64,000 nucleotides of DNA from a virus. The DNA lies in the IMG/VR virus record IMGVR_UViG_3300020463_000009, positions 1 through 64,000 of that record; one strand, given 5' to 3'. Under the pieces are notes generated by a model. It was not told the DNA's origin. It saw only the letters and a program-made list of their open reading frames with translations, and searched no databases. Below, one piece after another: positions 58,716 through 64,000 of the stretch; the stretch's first letter is position 1, and the number at the start of each line of letters is the position of its first letter. The position numbers were made by a program, and so were the translations under genes.

Positions 58716-60239
58716 ATGGCACAATTATTTGGATTTTCTATCACTAGGGTTAAACAACCCCAGGATCCAAAACAAAGCTTTACTACACCACAAGCGGAAG
58801 ACGGTACACAAACCGTCGCCGCTGGTGGTTATTTTGGCCAGTACCTTGATATGGAAGGTACTGCTAAAAATGAGCAGGAACTTATTAGAAGATATAGAGA
58901 GATTGCATTACACCCCGAGTGTGATATGGCAATTGAAGATATTGTTAACGAGGCTATCGTTGCTAATGAGTTGAAAGACGCAGTTAAGCTTGACTTGGAT
59001 AATGTAGAATATGGAAAAGAAATCAAAGGCAAAATAGATAACGAATTTAAAGAAATATTGAGGTTGATGAACTTCAATACTAGAGGTCACGATTTATTTA
59101 GAAGATGGTATGTTGATGGCAGAATCTATTATCATAAAATTATAGATAGAGATTCACCAGTAAAAGGTATAACTGAATTAAGATATATCGACCCTAGAAA
59201 AATTAAAAAAATTAGAGAAATTAGAAAGAAAAGACCTGATGGTGCTACACCATATGGTCTTACGGTTGTTGATGAGTTTGAAGAATACTTTATCTACAAC
59301 GAGAAAGGTGTATCTAATACTACTTCAGGTGGTATTAAGATTGCTCCAGACGCAATATCATTTTGTCCGTCTGGTATAATTGACCAAAATAAAAATTTGG
59401 TTTTATCTTATTTACATAAGGCAATTAAACCTGTAAATCAGTTGCGTATGATTGAAGACGCTTCTGTTATTTACAGAATAGCAAGAGCACCTGAAAGAAG
59501 AATATTTAAAATTGATGTTGGTAATTTACCTAAAGTAAAAGCTGAACAATATCTACGTGATGTTATGGCAAGATATAGAAATAAACTTGTCTATGACGCA
59601 AGCACAGGTGAAATCAAAGACGATAGAAACTATATGTCTATGTTGGAAGATTTCTGGTTGCCAAGTAGAGAAGGTGGTAGAGGTACACAAATTGATACTT
59701 TACCAGGTGGTGCTAATTTAGGAGAAATTGCAGACATAGAATATTTTAGAGCGAAGTTATATCGTTCTTTAAATGTTCCTGTAAGTAGATTAGAGTCTTC
59801 TTCAGGATTTAATTTAGGTCGTTCTACTGAAATAACAAGAGACGAATTGAAATTTACTAAATTTGTTCAAAGATTAAGAAAGAAATTTACTGAACTCTTT
59901 AACGATTTATTAAGAACACAATTAGTCTTAAAAGGTGTTATTGCTGAAGAAGAATGGCATAATTTAAGAGATAGAATTCAATATAGTTTTTTACAAGATG
60001 GACACTTTGCAGAATTGAAAGAGTCAGAAATGTTAATGGAAAGATTGAGATTGGCAGATTCAATGAGAGACTATGTTGGTAAATACTATTCTGTTGAATT
60101 TATCAGAAAACAAGTATTAAGACAAACTGATAAAGAAATACAGGATATTGACAAACAAATTAGAACAGAAATTGATGACGGTATAATATCAGTACCAACA
60201 GGCTTTGGTGGTGATGACTTTACTAGAGAAATCAAATAA
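58716..60239 (+). CDS. gp20: portal vertex protein gp20
   Basis: FRRWYVDGR, LSYLHKAIK..NQLRMIED..VIYR..RAPERRIF.IDVGNLP, MLEDFWLP.REGGRGT, EITRDELKF. Confidence 0.96.
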   Translation: MAQLFGFSITRVKQPQDPKQSFTTPQAEDGTQTVAAGGYFGQYLDMEGTAKNEQELIRRYREIALHPECDMAIEDIVNEAIVANELKDAVKLDLDNVEYGKEIKGKIDNEFKEILRLMNFNTRGHDLFRRWYVDGRIYYHKIIDRDSPVKGITELRYIDPRKIKKIREIRKKRPDGATPYGLTVVDEFEEYFIYNEKGVSNTTSGGIKIAPDAISFCPSGIIDQNKNLVLSYLHKAIKPVNQLRMIEDASVIYRIARAPERRIFKIDVGNLPKVKAEQYLRDVMARYRNKLVYDASTGEIKDDRNYMSMLEDFWLPSREGGRGTQIDTLPGGANLGEIADIEYFRAKLYRSLNVPVSRLESSSGFNLGRSTEITRDELKFTKFVQRLRKKFTELFNDLLRTQLVLKGVIAEEEWHNLRDRIQYSFLQDGHFAELKESEMLMERLRLADSMRDYVGKYYSVEFIRKQVLRQTDKEIQDIDKQIRTEIDDGIISVPTGFGGDDFTREIK

Positions 60240-60251
60240 CGGAGATAAATT

Positions 60252-60569
60252 ATGACGGAAAAAATTAAAGATTTTGTGGACAAATTATCCACAGGAGATA
60301 ATGCTGGCGCAGGCGAAGCTTTTAAAAATGCTTTAAGAGATAAGGTTGCTTCTAGTTTAGATAGTCAAAGGCAAGACATTGCAAGTAGAATATTTGCAGA
60401 TGTTCAACCTGAAGCACATAGCGACCCTAAACCGGCGGTTACTGAACCTAGCGAAAAAACTGACCAAATTATTGACACTAGTGGACAAGAAATAAAGTTT
60501 ACGCCAAATACAGAGGCGCCAACGGCAGAGGCACCAGCGACAAATGATGAGAGTCAGCCAAGCAATTAA
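60252..60569 (+). CDS. prohead core protein-like (gp67 position)
   Basis: Acidic, directly after portal; positional inference. Confidence 0.5.
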   Translation: MTEKIKDFVDKLSTGDNAGAGEAFKNALRDKVASSLDSQRQDIASRIFADVQPEAHSDPKPAVTEPSEKTDQIIDTSGQEIKFTPNTEAPTAEAPATNDESQPSN

Positions 60570-60774
60570 ACAAGACATTGTTGACTCTTCAACATTTAAA
60601 GAATTGCCACCTTTACACAAAGATGTGGTAACAGATTTTTATAATACGGTTGATTATGATAATGATGATATTGTTAAAGAAGTAGAAACTACAATAGACA
60701 AGGTTTCAGTTAAGTATAATGTAAATACAGATGTAATGTATAATTACATAGATAAGGAAATAGGACTAGAATAA
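60544..60774 (+). CDS. hypothetical protein
   Basis: Overlaps upstream gene and TAATG-couples to the next. Confidence 0.65.
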   Translation: MMRVSQAIKQDIVDSSTFKELPPLHKDVVTDFYNTVDYDNDDIVKEVETTIDKVSVKYNVNTDVMYNYIDKEIGLE

Positions 60775-61583
60775 TGGCATATGTAGTAGTACCAGGTTCA
60801 AACGATACGTTAGAATACGATAACGCAGCCACAGCTTCGTTATATACTGATTCTGCCGTAGGTGCTAACTCGGTTATTTCTAGTGGTATAAGAACATATA
60901 CTAAACCAGGAACTAGTGATACGGTACAAACATATATTAGAACTAGAATGAAAGGTGCAATAAACCTTCAAACTCGTTCAGACGATTTTAATAGTTGGTC
61001 AAATAAAGGTCAAATTACTTTAACAACTGGACAAGAAGACCCTAATGGTAATACAACTGCTACAAATATAAAAGATGATGGTGATGGTAATGAAAACAAT
61101 AGACTTGTTTGGGAAAATGGAATACTACCAACTGGTTCTACAACTTACACACAATCTTGTTATGTAAAAAGTAATCAAAATAATTTATTTCAATTATCTT
61201 TTAGAGGTGCTTCAACTAACGTATCCTCAGCAGTTTTTAATTTAGATACTGGCGTTGTAGCACACACATATAATTCAGGTAATAATACACTAGGCCAAAC
61301 ATCAATACACGCTTTAGACAATGGTTGGTTTAGATGTAGATTAACTGCTACTTTAGGAACTTTAGGTGATGGAAGAGTTTCATTTGGACCTATTGATGAA
61401 ACTGGTAATTTATCAAATTTTGGTTATGCAAGATATGTAGGAAATGGAAATACAGGTTGTGATATATGGGGTTATATGGTAAGTGAGGGTGCAAATTTAA
61501 GAAAATATATTAGAACAACTGCTTCAGCTTCATCAACAATTGAAACTGGTGAGTTGTCAAAAACTTATTATGATGGTCAATAA
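60774..61583 (+). CDS. putative head decoration protein with a carbohydrate-binding-like jelly-roll domain
   Basis: NL..RSDDF..W, DPNG..TA, YT.S.YVK, FNL.TG.V, NGWFRC, IWG.....G....YI.TT pattern typical of phage spike/fibre domains. Confidence 0.55.
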   Translation: MAYVVVPGSNDTLEYDNAATASLYTDSAVGANSVISSGIRTYTKPGTSDTVQTYIRTRMKGAINLQTRSDDFNSWSNKGQITLTTGQEDPNGNTTATNIKDDGDGNENNRLVWENGILPTGSTTYTQSCYVKSNQNNLFQLSFRGASTNVSSAVFNLDTGVVAHTYNSGNNTLGQTSIHALDNGWFRCRLTATLGTLGDGRVSFGPIDETGNLSNFGYARYVGNGNTGCDIWGYMVSEGANLRKYIRTTASASSTIETGELSKTYYDGQ

Positions 61584-61972
61584 TGACAATACTTTGGTTT
61601 GATAATACTGATACTGAATCAAAGTCAATTGTTCATAAGGTTGACGATAACTTTAAAGTTATAACAAACATTAAAGGTATTCAATCTGATGGTGGTATGG
61701 TAGTTGATGTTTCTAAATTAACAAACGCAACTAGTGAACCTAAAATTAGTATTGCAAATGTTAATTATGAAATATTTGGAACAGGTAACGTTAAACTGAC
61801 ACTAGGTAAACAAGAATTGAATATTAGTGGTAGAGGTAATTATGGATTAAAACCAACTGAAGCAAAGTTGGTTGATGAGGCAGAGCAGAGTGTACAAATA
61901 TTAGCAGACTCTACGGTGCCAAAATTTAATATAAGTTTAGAGTGTCATAAAGAATCAGGATTTGAGGTATAA
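61583..61972 (+). CDS. hypothetical head-region protein
   Basis: TAATG-coupled; resembles the next gene. Confidence 0.65.
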   Translation: MTILWFDNTDTESKSIVHKVDDNFKVITNIKGIQSDGGMVVDVSKLTNATSEPKISIANVNYEIFGTGNVKLTLGKQELNISGRGNYGLKPTEAKLVDEAEQSVQILADSTVPKFNISLECHKESGFEV

Positions 61973-61975
61973 CAA

Positions 61976-62368
61976 ATGGCAGATACGGTAACAACACAAA
62001 CAATAGCAGATACAACAGGCGTAAAGTTTGTTGTTAAGATGACTAATTTTTCAGATGGCACAGGCGAGAATTTAGTAAATAAAATAGACGCTTCAGAGGT
62101 TACATTTATGACCGAAGACGCAAATAGAAAACTAGCTAAGATTTGGTACTCAATAAATTCAGCTAACCCTAAATCAGCAGTAGAGTTGATATGGGCAGGT
62201 GGTACTAATGCAACTATGGTTATATTAGGTGGTAATGGGTATTGGGATTTAAGAACAGCTGGAAACGAAGTAATTAACACTGCTACAACACCAACAGGTG
62301 ATGTACTATTATCTACAAAAAATTTTGCTTTAGGCGATAATTACACAATAATTGCAGAATTCAGGTAA
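61976..62368 (+). CDS. hypothetical head-region protein
   Basis: GAGG SD; MADTVTTQTI.D, SDGTGE..V.K.DAS, G.G.WD. Confidence 0.7.
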   Translation: MADTVTTQTIADTTGVKFVVKMTNFSDGTGENLVNKIDASEVTFMTEDANRKLAKIWYSINSANPKSAVELIWAGGTNATMVILGGNGYWDLRTAGNEVINTATTPTGDVLLSTKNFALGDNYTIIAEFR

Positions 62369-62375
62369 TAATTGT

Positions 62376-62383
62376 TATAAATA
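62376..62383 (+). promoter_or_regulatory. late promoter TATAAATA
   Basis: Exact consensus upstream of gp21. Confidence 0.8.
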
Positions 62384-62402
62384 TAGGTAGAGAGAGACAA
62401 AA

Positions 62403-63047
62403 ATGAAACTAATATCGGAAGAAATTTCACAAGCAGAATATATTGTGGAAGAAAAGAATGGTAAGAAAGACTACAAGATACGTGGTGTTTTCTTACAATC
62501 AGATATAAAAAACAGAAACGGAAGAATATATGAGAATGATATTCTTGCGAAAGAAGTAAACCGATATAACAGAGAATTTATCCAAAAAAATCGTGCATTT
62601 GGTGAACTTGGCCATCCTGATGGTCCAGTTGTTAATTTAGAGAGAGTATCACATATGGTAACCGCTCTAACACCTGATGGTAAAAATTTTATGGGTGAAG
62701 CCAAGATTATGAACACACCATACGGTAAGATTGTAAAAAATCTTATAGATGAAGGCGCTCAATTAGGAGTATCTTCAAGAGGTATGGGTTCCTTGGTTCA
62801 AAAGAACGGTAGTAATTACGTAGGAAAAGATTTCTATTTAGCTACAGCCGCTGACATTGTTGCAGACCCAAGCGCTCCAGACGCTTTCGTAGAAGGTATT
62901 ATGGAAAATAAAGAGTGGGTATGGGACAATGGTGTAATAAAACAAAGAGATATTGAAGAATATAAAGAGCATATACAGAAAGCAAAGGCAATCAAATTAG
63001 CAGAGGCTAAGGCGGAAGTCTTTAAATCCTTTCTTAAAAAGCTCTAA
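62403..63047 (+). CDS. gp21: prohead core protease gp21
   Basis: GVFLQS..KNRNGRIY, GELGHP, VSHM, LGVSSRGMGS, DIVADPSAPDAFV. Confidence 0.95.
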   Translation: MKLISEEISQAEYIVEEKNGKKDYKIRGVFLQSDIKNRNGRIYENDILAKEVNRYNREFIQKNRAFGELGHPDGPVVNLERVSHMVTALTPDGKNFMGEAKIMNTPYGKIVKNLIDEGAQLGVSSRGMGSLVQKNGSNYVGKDFYLATAADIVADPSAPDAFVEGIMENKEWVWDNGVIKQRDIEEYKEHIQKAKAIKLAEAKAEVFKSFLKKL

Positions 63048-63050
63048 TAT

Positions 63051-63058
63051 TATAAATA
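63051..63058 (+). promoter_or_regulatory. late promoter TATAAATA
   Basis: Exact consensus upstream of gp22. Confidence 0.8.
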
Positions 63059-63106
63059 TCAATAGAAAAGAAAATAAACGTTTATTTTTAATAAGGAGAT
63101 TTCTAA

Positions 63107-64000
63107 ATGGCCGAGACAGACAATAAAGTAGAGGCTTTGGAAAAAGAAGCGGTAGTAGAAGCTAGTGCTAACCCACAAGCTGACGCTCCGAAGAAGAATG
63201 CTGTACCGGCTGAACCTTCAAAAATGTCCAACGAGGCAGAAGATTTAGGTCCAGCGGTTGTAAAACCTACAGATTCTAATCCAGACGCTACGAAAAAAAC
63301 TAAACAAGTTTCTGGCGATGCTCAACAAAAATCTGCTGGTCCTGCTGACGCAATGCCAAAGATTAAAGAAGAGTCGGAAGAAACTAACGAAGGTTCGGAA
63401 GAAATCAAAGAAGGCGAAATGCCAAAAGCAGCTCTTGACGCTCTTAAAAAACATAATGATAAGAAAGAAGACAAGTCCGAGAAATCAGAATCAGATGAGA
63501 AAAAATCTGAAAAAGAAGGATACGGAATGAAGTCAGCTTCTTACAAAATGAAAAAAGAGGAAGTTGATGAGCATATGGACGCATTAGTAGCTGGACAAGA
63601 TGATTTATCCGAAGAATTTAAAACAAAAGCTGCAACCGTTTTTGAATCAGCAGTCAATTCTAAAGTAAAAGAAATTGCTGAAACAATGGATGCAGATTAC
63701 AACACGAAATTAGAGCAAGAAAGTGGAAAAGCAAAAGAAGAGTTAACTGAAAAAGTTGATTCTTACTTGTCTTACGTTGTTGAAGAGTGGATGAAAGAAA
63801 ACGAAATCGCTCTTGAACGAGGAATTAAAGGCGAGATTGCTGAAGACTTTATTACAGGTCTTAAAAAACTTTTCTCTGAACATTATATTGATGTTCCAGA
63901 TGAGAAGTATGACGTTTTAGAAGCGCAAGCAGCTAAAATTGAAGAACTGAATAAAAAGTTAAACGAGCAAATTGAATCGAATGTTGAACTAAACAAAGAC
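63107..64000 (+). CDS. gp22: prohead core scaffold protein gp22, 5' part (runs off the right edge)
   Basis: AAGGAG SD; LSEEFKTKAATVFESAV, VDSYLSYVVEEWMKENE.A.E.GIK.EIAEDFI.GLK.LF.EHYIDVP.EKYDV. Confidence 0.9.
   Translation, partial: MAETDNKVEALEKEAVVEASANPQADAPKKNAVPAEPSKMSNEAEDLGPAVVKPTDSNPDATKKTKQVSGDAQQKSAGPADAMPKIKEESEETNEGSEEIKEGEMPKAALDALKKHNDKKEDKSEKSESDEKKSEKEGYGMKSASYKMKKEEVDEHMDALVAGQDDLSEEFKTKAATVFESAVNSKVKEIAETMDADYNTKLEQESGKAKEELTEKVDSYLSYVVEEWMKENEIALERGIKGEIAEDFITGLKKLFSEHYIDVPDEKYDVLEAQAAKIEELNKKLNEQIESNVELNKD

Noticed and set aside
54447-60239. Introns or inteins in terminase, sheath or portal
   Set aside because: ORFs are continuous and of ordinary length with no intein or homing endonuclease motifs
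624-63530. Many short antisense or alternate-frame ORFs in the track (e.g. 624..1016, 16171..16752, 57687..58067, 63245..63454, 63318..63530)
   Set aside because: They lie within well-supported genes, lack SD or promoter support and look like shadow ORFs caused by codon bias
1-64000. CRISPR array, tRNA, rRNA, or large ncRNA
   Set aside because: Coding density is near complete, the largest gap is about 125 nt, and no repeat-spacer or cloverleaf pattern was seen

Overview
This AT-rich window is the virion morphogenesis region of a T4-like marine myophage. Gene order, low GC and the hemO-pcyX cassette fit an alphaproteobacterial (SAR11-type, pelagimyophage-like) host, but the host is an inference. 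From left to right it holds: (1) the start of a leftward early module with a sigma70 promoter; (2) baseplate genes (PAAR, gp25, gp6, gp7-like, gp9/10-like, gp8, a 2092-aa VrlC/DUF4815-type protein); (3) a ~14 kb enzyme island (17.8-31.9 kb) with an epimerase, 3-4 glycosyltransferase-like proteins, two nitroreductases, a methyltransferase, a NodU/TobZ carbamoyltransferase, a radical SAM enzyme, a DegT aminotransferase, an SGNH protein, three 2OG-Fe(II)-type oxygenases, a desaturase and a GNAT-like protein, with its two arms diverging from a perfectly palindromic double T4 late promoter; (4) a fibre module with four paralogous large proteins, three ending in RCC1 beta-propellers and some carrying cupredoxin-like domains; (5) a bilin cassette of a previously unannotated heme-oxygenase paralog lacking catalytic motifs, hemO and pcyX; (6) the canonical gp13-14-15-16-17-18-19-20-21-22 block. 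About 16 TATAAATA late promoters are visible. Three plausible small ORFs are missing from the ORF track: a 43-aa Cys/His-rich peptide, a 32-aa translationally coupled peptide inside the enzyme island, and a 17-aa uORF before gp18. I saw no tRNA, CRISPR array, integrase, intron or reverse transcriptase. All calls rest on motif recognition by eye; no searches were run.
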